A stretch of DNA of 64,000 bases from Octopus vulgaris (Eukaryota): contig OX597817.1 of assembly GCA_951406725.2 (NCBI GenBank), forward strand, positions 6,572,001 to 6,636,000. The letters are read 5' to 3'. How positions within the stretch are numbered: position 1 is the stretch's first letter; each line of letters starts with the position of its first letter. The notes beneath the pieces were generated by a model. It was given only the letters and a program-made list of their open reading frames with translations. It searched no databases and had not been told where the DNA came from. A program made the translations under genes and the position numbers. Shown one piece after another: positions 38,458-51,344 of the stretch.

Positions 38458-39812
38458 TGTGTGACACCGCGGTGCTTCTCCGGAAGAGTCTGGACCTCAA
38501 AGTAAAAGCAATTTTCCTAGACCCAGTGAGTAGGCTGGTCGTCTTGGATATCGATGGCAGTAATGGGTGTGCTTTTTGACTGATTACACTTTTTGCACCG
38601 TCTTTAACAGGTTGGCCAGGTTTCTTTCGACGTCTAGAGGCTTTCGTGGAAACGCCTTGACCTTTACTTTTAGTGGAGGATTGGAACGCTACCTTGAACA
38701 CGCATCTAGAGTACGTGCATAGTAACAGGAATAGGAGGGGATGTAAATGCCTCAAATACCTGCTCAGACGTTTCCAACTATCTGACAGGTAACGACTGGA
38801 CCACGCGAATGTGCCAATGTGGACATGGAACAACAACATCAGGTCGTCCAGATCGTATTTAGATAGAGTATTCTGTAGGAAAGCGGATAAGGATAGTGTA
38901 GGTTGTCCACAATTCCATATACATATATAACAAATTTGTGACTTGTACACTTGACTTAGATAAGACACATAGGCAGCGTCCAGGTTACTGGAAGCTGAAC
39001 GCGTCGTTTACGGCACACTAGGCTTACAGGGACCGGATTAGCACATTAGTTCAGAGTGCACTGACGGACGCCATCGTCAGCAATAGAGGGTGATATGCCC
39101 TAAAGAAAGCCCCCACGGCAGAATCAGTTAGGTACAGTAATGCCCTAGTATTAAACCGAAATAGAATAGAGGGAGACCTAGTTAAGAAATTAGAAGAGGC
39201 ACTTAGAACTGGCATCATGTCCAACGTACTAGCAGCGCGGTTGGCTCTCGACCAACATTTCAATGTCAAACACGAAGGATGCGTTTTCAGAGCTAGGATG
39301 CGTGCTCTAAGGAACGAAGGAGTCGGAGCCGTCTGCGAAGCCCGAGTGGCGGGGGTGCAACGAGGCAAAAAAGCCACCATTAGGTCTCTAACAGATGAGC
39401 AGGGGTGCGAATTACTCGAACCTTAAAGGATGTGTGAGGCATTTCAACAACACTTTGCCCGACTGTTCGGCACAACTGGTGGGGTCATAAGGTAGAGTGG
39501 ACTTTAGTGCCTACCTACATAGCCTACCACGACTCTCAACAAGAGTGGCGGAGTGTTGTGAAAGACCCATCACAGCTGAGGACGTATAGGATGCAATGGC
39601 AGGCTGCGCGGGAGACAAATCGACAGGCTTGGATGGTTTGCCCGACGAACTTTATTATCATTTGCCAGACTTTGGAGGCGTCTTGGAAGCTGTTTACTGC
39701 AACTGACATCAAAACGGGAGTAATCCCGTTTCTGTAAAGCGAGGTGCTGTGCCACTGCTAAAGAAAGATCCAAATAAGGGGAACTTCATGGATAACTTCT
39801 GGCCCATCACTC
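38458..39812 (+). mobile_element. Tx1/L1-clade internal fragment (APE endonuclease to start of RT), decayed
   Basis: TAVLLRK..., RLVVLD, LLLVEDWNA (GDWN), WTW...RSYLDRVF, GYWKLNAS, GLDGLP, LLKKDPNKGNFMDNFWPITL. Multiple stops and frameshifts. TATC repeats on both sides. Confidence 0.88.
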
Positions 39813-39878
39813 TTATCTATCTATTTATCTGTCTCTCTATACACGCACAGGCACGCACACACGAACACACACACACAC

Positions 39879-39920
<42 letters not shown>

Positions 39921-40312
39921 CACACACACACACACATGCTCAAACACAGGCACTAGCAATGCATCCGATGTTGCCCGGTTCTTATGACCTACAGCCACAA
40001 TTTGCTCCTTTCTTATAGGCAGAATCGGCACATCTGATATATAGTTCATGGCATAATGGAAGTTATTGTCTGCTTCCAAGTGAAGGAGGGATGGTACAGT
40101 TTGCATGAAAGTGCTTTCTGTTCTTAAGAACGATGAAAAATTCTCTATTGTGTCATCGTATAAATGGAGTGGGGTTATACGATTTTGTTCAGAAATGACT
40201 TTTTTAAAATTTTGATTTCCCCCAATACACACCGCAATTTCTTAATCTGTAAGTTTTTTCGATAATTTCTTTTTTTGTTATCTACGTGGAAAAATACAGG
40301 AATTACGAACCT

Positions 40313-40379
<67 letters not shown>

Positions 40380-40381
<2 letters not shown>

Positions 40382-40585
40382 CCGCGTGTGTATCGTTGGC
40401 GATTTTTTTCCTCCGTCTTCCCTTCCTTGGATCTTTCCTTTTCCTCTGTTTCTGACGAAGAGCTTCGCTCGAAACGTTAAACCCTCCTTCTTTCTTTCCT
40501 TTCCTGACCGTCCAATAACATTATACTTCTTCCACGACCTCGCGTTGTTGTGTTTTCTCTTTGTGTTTTTATGTTTGGATTAACT
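40380..40585 (+). mobile_element. Penelope pLTR-like short repeat in (TA)n
   Basis: Homologous to 24806, 30906 and 33035. (TA)n on both sides. Confidence 0.78.
40448..40482 (+). ncRNA. Minimal type-I hammerhead ribozyme motif, best-preserved copy
   Basis: gttt-CTGACGA-a-gagc ttc gctc-GAA-ACGT-T-aaac. Canonical CUGANGA and GAAA, 4-bp stems I and II, palindromic ACGT stem III, predicted cut after GUU at 40478. One extra A after the core. Confidence 0.7.
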
Positions 40586-41176
40586 TTATATATATTTATC
40601 ATCATCATATATATAAATTAGAAATAAGCTACCACAATATTTCACTTTTGTCTGATGTTTCCCGCATGCGTAGAATACTACTGAGATAGCAGGCGTAAAT
40701 AATACGAGACCACCACCAGAAAACCCGATATGGTACAAACAACAGATAAACAACATTATTTCTCAAGAAAATTCCCCGCTTTCCAAAATGCTAAAAGTGA
40801 AACACTACGAGTGTGCAGCTTTTTCAAAGATTGAAAAAAGTAACAAATGAATTTGATGTGGAGAGTGAGAAAATTAAAATATTGAGTTGTTTTGTTGGTG
40901 AAATTATAATCTCCTGTATCGCAAACATAAGAATCGGAAGAAATTGGTGAAAAAAATATTGCGGGCGGGGGAACGCAAATGTCACCACGGACATGCTAGA
41001 ATGATTGGCGTAATTTTCCGTAAATTAAAAAAAAAAAATTTATGCTTTCAAGAGAGCAGAAACCGAAAGAGAGGTGAAAGAGAAAAAGGTGACATTTACT
41101 TTAAAGTGAGAGCAGAAGGTGAAAGAGAGGAGACAGTGAAAGATGTATGTATGTGTATATGAAATGAACGTGTGTG

Positions 41177-41215
<39 letters not shown>

Positions 41216-44182
41216 AAATAGAGAGTGTGAGGAAGTGAAGGTGTGTGTTGTGGCCCTCATTAGTGAATGAAAATAAAGTTTATTTGGTAGGCGAAAGCTT
41301 AGTGAATTTATTGATATTATATGCGTCAAAATCGGCAACTCGGTTTGAATGCATAAGGAACACACACACCCCCACACACATACACACACACACACACATA
41401 CACACGTACAAACTCTCTTTTATAGATATAGACAATATATAAATATATATAGGATATATATTCTTGTATGCCAGTCTGTCTGAGTGTAAATGCGTGCGTG
41501 TGTGTTTAAGTGTGTGTGTATCCGATTACTTTGCAGAAACATGCATACACACACTCATTAGGAGACAATTGCAATTGCTAGAAGGCGTTTCTCACAGGTT
41601 TTTATTTGTAAATTATTTAGTCCTTGCGGCGCAGCGAGCTTTGTTTGTATTCCTAAATGCAGTTTTTGTGATATTGCTATTCCAGTTCAATTGAAATTCA
41701 GCTGTTGTACCTATATAGTTTTGCAACTTATCGGGTGCACTTCCAGAGCAATGATATACGTAGTATATAAGCGTGCGTATGTTATTATTATTTAAAATCT
41801 GATAATTATTCTTCACCGAGAACCAAATATTATGGAATATGGTGTAGCTAATGTTAGGATGTAATAAATATTTGATATCGGAAAATACAGATGTGTACAA
41901 ATTTTTGTAACCAAAATGTGCAGTGTATTAGTATTGGTCAGAAAACCAAGAGAAAGAAAAATACAATTCCATTGTAATGAGAGGAGAATAATAGAAACGG
42001 AAAAACACTGAAAATTGATTAACACTACTTTGGTTTAATTCACTTAACAACACATTCTGAAACTAGAAACAATGTTCAAGAAAATTATACTTATTTTAAA
42101 AACGCAAACGCTACTATTCGCTTGTACTACAGACCAATAACCTATTTATCAACAATAAGAAATACTTGAATTTATAATATCTGAAATTTAGCCGCACTTT
42201 TGTTTATTAATAATATATTGACAAATCAAACTAGATTGCCGATATATAAAGAGCAACTCATTCTAAACCGCTCATTTATTAATCACTTGAGAGAGAAATA
42301 TACATCTAAGTATAGCATAGCTTGACTCTGTCCCAAACTCATGCATATAATTGATATACATAATTACGATAATACAATGGCCATAGCGTGAAATGTATGT
42401 CAATCACCCTATATCAAAAAGAAAAACTTATAACATAACATAGTGGCGCGTAGAAATCAGCTCTAACCACCGGAAATCTTACTCTTCAAACATTATTTTG
42501 TCTTGCTACGAATAAAACTACCAGCCTTGATGAATATTATGGACAAACTACAGATCATTTCCTTTATATTGATAATTTTAAGTTGTATACAAAACATAAT
42601 ACTAGCATGATCATTTAGTAAAGATTAAGGTATTTAAAGTATTTAATTCAGCTTGGGGAATGAAATTCGAGAATTAAATCAAAGCCATCCATACAGTACT
42701 TTCAAATGTATCAAAATGGTAATATACAACACGTAGGAATAAAATAGTTTATAATTGTTAAATGTAAGTTCGTGTTAGGTAGAGAATATTTATGAATTGT
42801 GGATGGAACACACCACAGAGAGAGGGAGAGACACAGAGAGAGAAACCTACATACTCACATACACACGCATACATACTTGTCCTGAAAATTCTCACGTTTA
42901 TTCCTCGAAATACAATGAAACGCACAATAGTTCCTGAGTATACATCCACTGACAAGCAGGGTACAGTCAGATAGTAAATGACCGCATTGACTCAAAATTC
43001 AAATATTTCCATATCACGAGCACATTCTATGAGTATTATTAACTTTTATTTTTTCGTAATGAGCAAAAGTAGCTACTTCAAATTCTAGTTTTTACTCTTA
43101 GGCTTCATTCATTTTCTAGGAGATCCAGTAATCGACTGTGGCGTGGAGAAATGCTTTGAAATAATACAGCGAGCTTGTGCTTCTAAGTTCATTAAATATG
43201 AAAGTGAAAGCTCGCAGTACGCTGTGTATTAGTCTATTCTCTTTGACTTCTGTTAATATGATTTCCAATTCAGGCAGAAAACCTTAAATTTAGCGTGAGA
43301 AAATAGTCGATTAAAGAGACTACTGCACCTATTTGATGACACGGGAATGTTGAAAGGAAACATCAACTCCAGCGAGATTTGATCTGCGAATGGAAATGTA
43401 ACAAATAAATGCTACATAATAAATTGTCCGTTGATATACCAATTTTAATAATCTATCTTGCTTATGTAATTATAATACTGTTCGAGATAGGTACAAAGAC
43501 AGAGATTTCCTGAGATGGAAGAATCGATAACATTGATCCCAGAACTTGGCTTGTAAGTTATTCATCAATAAATGTAAAGAGCTGAAGGGAAGGAAATGCT
43601 GTGAATCCAAGTTCATTGCTGTGCTGCAGACCTTGTCTACCTATCAAGCTTATTTATGTATAGTAGCATATAATACGGAGGAAAAAATATAATAAGAAAA
43701 TATAAAGTAAAATGATATGAAAGGTATGGAATAATTAGTTATCTTAATACATACTTTAACGTCACACATTTTCCAACACACAGTCAAAAGCTACATTGTA
43801 TAAGCGGATTAAAAGAATAATTAATGAATCACTTTAAAAATTACCAATTATACTCTCACAATCTGTAAACAACCTCCGATAACGTACAGCTTAGTGAGCA
43901 CGTTGTTTGATATCTTTTCTACCAGTTTACCAAAAATGCACATCAAAACAGGTTTTGTGATTTGTTTTAACTAACTTTATAATGAATAAAGTCTATATAA
44001 TATATGATAGTTAATTTTAAGAGACAGAAAATTAATTAAACCACTGCGCATTAAATAAATGCGTACTCATCCAAAGATAGTACACACATATCTCTGTGTG
44101 AGTTTATGCGTGCATGCTTGTGTATGTGTGTGTTTGTGTATGTATGTATGTGTGTATTTGTATGTACATATATGTGTATATA

Positions 44183-44254
<72 letters not shown>

Positions 44255-44327
44255 TGTATATATTTGTATGCGTATATGCAGACATACATATTTATGAAAG
44301 AAATATACAGACAGTAATAGCACTATG

Positions 44328-44650
44328 GCAGTATAACCGAATGGTTAGTGTGTTTTAAAAATATGAGGTTCTGTGTTCGAATTGTCAACATGGCAACTTG
44401 AGTGAAGAGGATTTTCTATAACCTCGAATCAACTTATCTTACAAGTGACATTACATAATCGGAAAAGGGATAGAAGCCCATAGAGGAGATTGTATTACTA
44501 ATTCAAAAAGTAAAGCCATACCATGCTGAGATTCACAGTGAATCTGTCTGACGATCACATTAAGATTCACGTACGAGGAATACTCAGCCAGTGAAATGTA
44601 AGCTCTAAGGTAAGTAGTTCATTTGATGGAACAACAGAATGCTCAGGTTA
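44328..44650 (+). mobile_element. Old SINE, family A-like head with a different tail
   Basis: ggcagtataaccgaatggttag...gttcgaat...ggcaacttgagtgaag...tagaagccc is a degenerate tRNA/CORE-like head. Confidence 0.45.
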
Positions 44651-44829
44651 AAAGATCGAGATTCACCACCAATAGCAAATACAGACACACACACGCACAC
44701 ACACATGGATGCGAGCACATACATACACACACAAAGGCATGCACGTACACATGAATAATGCAATGGGCTTCTATTAATTCATATGTCCCTAGTTGCCTGT
44801 ATTTTGTAATATATGTTTGTGTGTAGAAA

Positions 44830-45040
44830 GCGGAGAGCTGACAGAAGTGTCAGCATGCTGGCAATATTCTTAGTGGAATTTCGTCCGTCTTTTCATTTTG
44901 AGTTCAAATTCCGAAGTAGTAGAATTTTGCCTTTCATTCTTTTGGGGTCAATAAAATAAGTTCTAGCTGAAAACTGCGGTTGATGTAATCGACTGCCCGC
45001 TACAAACCGAACTTGCTGGCCTTGATCGAAAATATGAAAT
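44830..45040 (+). mobile_element. SINE family B, decayed
   Basis: gcggagagctgacagaagtgtcagcatgc...gagttcaaattccg...gcctttcattcttttggggtcaataaaataag. Confidence 0.8.
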
Positions 45041-46136
45041 CAGTATATATTTGTCTGCGTATGTATTTGTGTGTGGATGTGTGTAGATAAACAAAGAGAG
45101 AGAGAGAGAGAGAGAGAAAGGGGAGGAGAGAGATGAGGAATGGAGGGGAAAGTGTCATGAGTCGTGTCTTTACTGGTTTACAGAATACGCTGGCATTAAC
45201 TAGGATTCACACGTCTAAATAATTTTCAAGTATATTTTCCTTTTGAAACTTGCAAAATCAGATATTTCCTCTTAGTAAACACTATTGTAACTACAATATT
45301 ATTTTCAGATTCAAACGCGAACAAATATCCGTCTCTGTCAAAAAACACACTTAGTCAAAATAACTTTCTCGCCTCTCTAATTCAAATCAACAGCACAAGT
45401 TCCTGTATACGTATTCTCATACACAATTATTTAACGACTCCGAAATGATGAAAGGTAAAATTGACTTCAGTCACATTTGAACTTAGAAACTGAAGGGCCG
45501 GAAAAAACGCAGCAAAATTTTATCCGATGCACCAACGATCCTCCCAGCTTGCCACTTTAAATTCCTTCGAATTTAGGCGCAAACCAACAATACTGACGGA
45601 CGATTTCGTCAAGACGATCGTCCTAAATATTTTACTGAGAAATTATTTTTGATGATCGTAGATAGATCTAAGGCAAATTTGGTGATGGGAGGATCTGTAC
45701 GCTGAAGCGTTCCCTCTGTCGCTTTTTGCAATAAAGAAAAATCGGAACAAGAAACTGCAAGGTATTTTGCCACACATTCCAAAGTGTCTCATATCTTACT
45801 ACTACTACTACTACAACTGCTGCTGCTACTACTACTACTACTACTACTACTACAACTGCTGCTGCTGCTGCTGCTACCGCTGCTGCTACTACTACTACTA
45901 ATCTAATCATATCTAAGTAAGATGCATTCAGTTTCAAGGAAACCTATAGATGGTGAGCGTACACTATATTCATGGTCTGTGTAACCGCCCACTTTGAATA
46001 TTTCTAGCAATGCTGGTGCTGAATAGCGCCCTCAGTCGCTTCAGTAACGTACATACTTTTGCCTTTCGGGTGAAAAATTGTTAAGAATCCACCCTTATTA
46101 TTTATATATATATTTATATATATATATATATAATAA

Positions 46137-46794
46137 AAAATGGGACAAAATCTCAAAACATCCAAATAGTTAGGGAATACAAAACAGGGACAACAAAACA
46201 TCCAGACAGACGATATAAGGAGTGAAGGACGGGTCATTCGGAGTTTTCTTTCCTCAGTCGAGTTCTAGATTATCTTTGCAATTTCGGGAGGTAATACTCA
46301 AGATTGCTCCAATCAGGCCAGCCCCAAGGAAAAACTAAGCTAAGAGCATTAGATTCTTTGGAAGAAAGCAGTGGATATATACGAAAACAACGGAAAAATA
46401 CGGAGAATGTTACACAAAGGCAAATAACAGGACATAACAACAAGTGTCTTTCGACTGAGGACGAATTAAATTAAGCTAGCGTGTGTGGAAGTAAAGCCTT
46501 ACAGCAAGGATACAAGATTTCATAGGCACAGGGAGGAATACAGATGTTGCACGGACGACGGCCGAACGAAGAAAGAAAGGTCAGGCTTGGCCGAACACGG
46601 GTCACGCGGGGAGAGAAGAGAGAGGTAGAGACACAGGGACAGAAGAAATAAGGAGGGACAAGAAAAAATGACAAGCACACAGTGAAGTGAAAAGAGGAGG
46701 GAAAGTGAGCATGAAGAGAAGGTAAGGAGATTTGAGAGATGGGGAACGAAATGACGAAGAGTGGAATTAACGAAGTAAGCGTGAAAAGGGCTGT

Positions 46795-46795
<1 letters not shown>
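46137..46795 (-). repeat. Unclassified repeat-like block between (TA)n and (GATA)n, possibly another PLE 3'/pLTR region
   Basis: Purine-skewed, CpG-rich block with one end on (TA)n, the same layout as the pLTR-like repeats. No coding motif recognised. Confidence 0.35.
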
Positions 46796-46858
<63 letters not shown>

Positions 46859-47253
46859 CATACATACATACATACATACACCGGAATCCTGCATAGATTC
46901 AGTAACTGTCACAAGGCATTGGTAAGCTCGGTGTAATGACTTCATATCATACCCCGTTCAGCTTGCCGTTCGCTACCTTGAAAACTATTTCGCACTATCC
47001 TTTGATGACTTCAGATTACCCGCTCAAATCCTTGCTCAAATGTTCGTCACCCAGATGGTAAATAAATCATATTTGTTATGAGTATCATTATTATATTTCC
47101 TATATAATAACTACCAGTAAGATTATAAATATTTTATTTCGTCCATAGATACATAAATAGGTTTCTTTAGTATTTAAAGTGTATTGAACTATTTAGTTTT
47201 GTATAATCAATATATTCCGTTTGTATTTAAAGTGCATTCATATTGTTTGTGTG

Positions 47254-47288
<35 letters not shown>

Positions 47289-47844
47289 GTAAATGAATAC
47301 ATTTCGTTAGAATTTTAGATGTATGTTTATTAATATATTCTCCTTTGTATGATATATATTTCGATTGCATTTGAAATCTATAAATATGTTTGTACTTACA
47401 TTCTTTCATAAATTCGAATAGAAAGAAAAAGTTTAAATGTAGAAAGGAGTGTTTACATATATATATATATATAAGAAAATAAAAAAAAAAAACCTTCTAA
47501 CTCAGAATGAATGATACGGAATATACTTTTAATGGCATTATAAAATTGTTAGGGGATGTTGAAAATATATATATATATATTTTTTTTTTTGAGATTAGTT
47601 TACACTCTTGAATGTTACATGTGTTTACTGCTGTGAACGTATCAAATGTAAGCATTGGGATTTTTCCTTGTAGCGAAATGAGTAAGGGGGTAGTGTGAAC
47701 ATTATACAGAGGTAATTTGAAATCGGGTTCACGCTATCCCGAGGGGTAATATGAAATCTATTTCAGATTACCGGGAGGTAAGTTAGGGTGGGATAGCTAA
47801 GTAAATGGCTCACGTCGAAGTCAAAGCAGAAGACACATTCTTCA

Positions 47845-48075
47845 GGTGAGCTGGCAGAATCGTTAGCACGCCGGGCGAAATGCGTAGCCGTATTTCGTCT
47901 GCCGTTACATTCTGAGTTCAAATTCCGCCGAGGTTGACTTTGCCTTTCATCCTTTCGGGGTCGATAAATTAAGTACCAGTTACGCACTGGGAGGCTCGAT
48001 GTAATCGACTTAATCCGTTTGTCTGTCCTTGTTTGTCCCCTCTATGTTTAGCCCCTTGTGGGTAGTAAAGAAATA
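47845..48075 (+). mobile_element. SINE family B, tail type 1, young copy with perfect 19 bp TSD
   Basis: Box A tggcagaatcg, box B gagttcaaattcc, central gcctttcatcctttcggggtcgataaattaagtaccag. TSD agaagacacattcttcagg at 47828-47846 and 48076-48094. Confidence 0.95.
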
Positions 48076-49076
48076 AGAAGACACATTCTTCAGGTACTGC
48101 ACAGTAGGACTAATACAGAAACCACGTGGTTTCAAACTGAGCTTCTAAACAGCAAAGACTACACCCTAAACAATCTCTTACAGACATACACACATACAAA
48201 ATATACTCACACATACACACACACACCCACGCGCACACATACGAAATAATGTGTTTGTGTCATTGTGTATGTATTTATGTATGCAGATTGATTAGAGACA
48301 GAAGTTTACTGACGGATACAGAAAGAGAGATACGGAGAAAGACATGTATAGCTAATTGAAGAAAGATGTGAATATGTGCGCTGCTAAGATTGTTTAAACG
48401 AATAATTCTCTCGACCAGAAATGATACGTAGCCTTTTGTAAGTGGTTTAAATCGACTTTACGTTAAATATCATTAATCTTAGCTGCTAAATTATTTTCTT
48501 GAGATTACATGTGAATACAAATTCTTAATATTGGGATAAATTATTCTGGAACCAGAAAGAAAGATGAAATATCTTGCCATGTTAAGCATTAATTAGAAAA
48601 GCTAGAGTAGGTACTTTATTTCGCTCTAGTTGTTATCGAATTATGCGAACAGAGCACGACAGACAGTTAAGATTATAAGTTTAATTAAACCTATATAGAT
48701 ATTTATATATAACTCTAAGAAGAAATCTTACACCAGCTATGTGTGAACGCATAGGTAATGCAGTCACCCGGCAATTGATAAGAGTATATTTTGAAAATTA
48801 CGAAACAGACTACTCTTTAGAATTTGATTAGCCCCGTCTGTCGCATATTTTAAGCATAGTTTCCTGTCCCACATGCATTCGCATACACACGTAGTCACAC
48901 AGGTCTAGCTAAGCATAGACATTGCGCACAATCATATGCAGGTGTGTATGCATATCTGACTGTGTGTATACATGCATGCATATCTGACTGTGTGTATACA
49001 TGCATGCATGTATGCATGTATATATATATACATATATATATATATATGCTAGTATGTATATATGTATATATGCATG

Positions 49077-49173
<97 letters not shown>

Positions 49174-49689
49174 TTCGTTTATATGTATACGTCTATGAAT
49201 TGAAACTTGTCTCAAGTGTGAGTCGCGGGAGAATATTTGCAAATATAATTTATCAGTTTATTTGGGGAAAAAAATCGAAGAATACCACATTATTTATCTA
49301 GTGCTCGATCTAGGAAATATTTGGTCAGATTATATTAAGCTATCCGGAACGATAAATAAAATTAGAATATGAATATTAAGGGAAATTCCCCCCACAGTAA
49401 AATATATTTCTATGTTAAAATATGTGTAATCTTATTCCTCTGTGTATTAGTATATCGATCGTAATGTTTATCAATTTTAAGCCACAGAGTTTCATCCCAC
49501 TTTCTACCGCTAGTTCATGTTTATCATCACCCTCCATTAGTGCATATGCATATATGCTATGCAATCACACACGCCACACACACACACACATACACACAAA
49601 TATATACACATGCTATCTTTTTCTCTTTCTCTACTTGCACACATGTATTCATACACATTTGCATATACACAAATCGGTGCATATCTACT

Positions 49690-49905
49690 TATTATATAGG
49701 TCTATTTTGCCTAACCGTTAGTTACGAGGATATAAACACACCAACATCGTTTGTCAAGAATGGTGGGGGTACAAACACAACCACACACACATACACACAC
49801 ATATATGACGGGCTTCTTTCAGTTCCCTCTACCAAGTCCACACACACGGACTGAACTCAGAACCATGTGGTCGGGAAGCGAGCTTCTTATCACACAGCCG
49901 CGCCT
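49690..49905 (-). mobile_element. SINE family A, internally deleted
   Basis: Reverse-complement match to the head and middle of 3017-3429. Confidence 0.8.
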
Positions 49906-49958
49906 ACATATATATATATATATTTATATATGGGCGCGGCTTTGTGATAAGATATTAA

Positions 49959-50184
49959 GGCGGCGAGCTGGCAGAAACGTTAGCACGCCGGGCGAAATGC
50001 GTAGCCCTATTTCCTCTGCCGTTACGTTCTGAGTTCAAATACCGCCGAGGTCGACTTTACCTTTCATCCTTTCGGAGTCGATAACTTAAGCACCAGTTAC
50101 GCACTGGGGTCGAGGCAATCGACTTAATCCCTTTGTCTGTCCTTGTTTGTCCTCTCTATATTTAGCCTCATGTGAGCAATAAAG

Positions 50185-50188
<4 letters not shown>
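49959..50188 (+). mobile_element. SINE family B, tail type 1, full length
   Basis: ggcggcgagctggcagaaacgttagc...gcaataaaggaata followed by (TA)n. Confidence 0.93.
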
Positions 50189-50247
<59 letters not shown>

Positions 50248-50368
50248 GAAATACAATATATATACTGCGAGAGATATTTACATACCGAACCAGACAGAGA
50301 GAGAAGGCGAAGCGTGATCTTATTAGCTATCTACCCGTTTGAGGCTGTCTATGTTTCTGTGTGTGTGT

Positions 50369-50438
<70 letters not shown>

Positions 50439-50763
50439 ACATACATATATATGTATATTTATACACACACGCACGCACATACACCTGTAGCATGTAAGTA
50501 TTCTTGTAGACAGAGCTTTAGAAAAGCAATATTCCATTCATCTGTGTCTGAGTGAATTCATTTCAATTAATTATTTTTCATTCTTTGTCTCACCTACATT
50601 TATTTACGTTTTAGATTTTTTTAAAAAGTTGTTTCTATTTCCATTTGTTTTTCTAAAAGCTATAAAATCTATGGCTAAATATAATGTTTCCCCGTCTAGT
50701 ACATTCCGATACTAATTAGCATTCAGGTAAACGTTTGTGTGTTTGTTTTTTCTTTTTTTCCTA

Positions 50764-50832
<69 letters not shown>

Positions 50833-50931
50833 GTATAACTCTCGGTTCATTAGTTACACTAAATGCCGACAATAGAGAATGTAGAATGGGAATAATTAAA
50901 TAAATATATAAATGTATACACACACACACAC

Positions 50932-51002
<71 letters not shown>

Positions 51003-51005
<3 letters not shown>

Positions 51006-51235
51006 CTTTTATTCTTTTTATTCTTTTACTTGTTATGGTCATTTGACTGCGGCCATGCTGGAGCACCGCCTTTAGTCTAGAAAATCGTCCCCAGGACTTT
51101 TTCTTTATAAGCCTAGTACTTATTCTATCGGGCACTTTTCCCGAACCGCTATTTAGGGGGAAATAAAGGCACCAACATCTATTGTCAAGCGATGTTGGGG
51201 GGACCAACATAGATACAAACATATACAGATACGTA
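51003..51235 (-). mobile_element. SINE family A 3' half
   Basis: gtcatttgactgcggccatgctggagcaccgcctttag...tgtcaagcgatgttggggg. Confidence 0.88.
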
Positions 51236-51312
51236 CATAAATACATATATACATATATATACATATATATACATATATATACATACATATATACATATAT
51301 ATACATACATAC

Positions 51313-51344
<32 letters not shown>

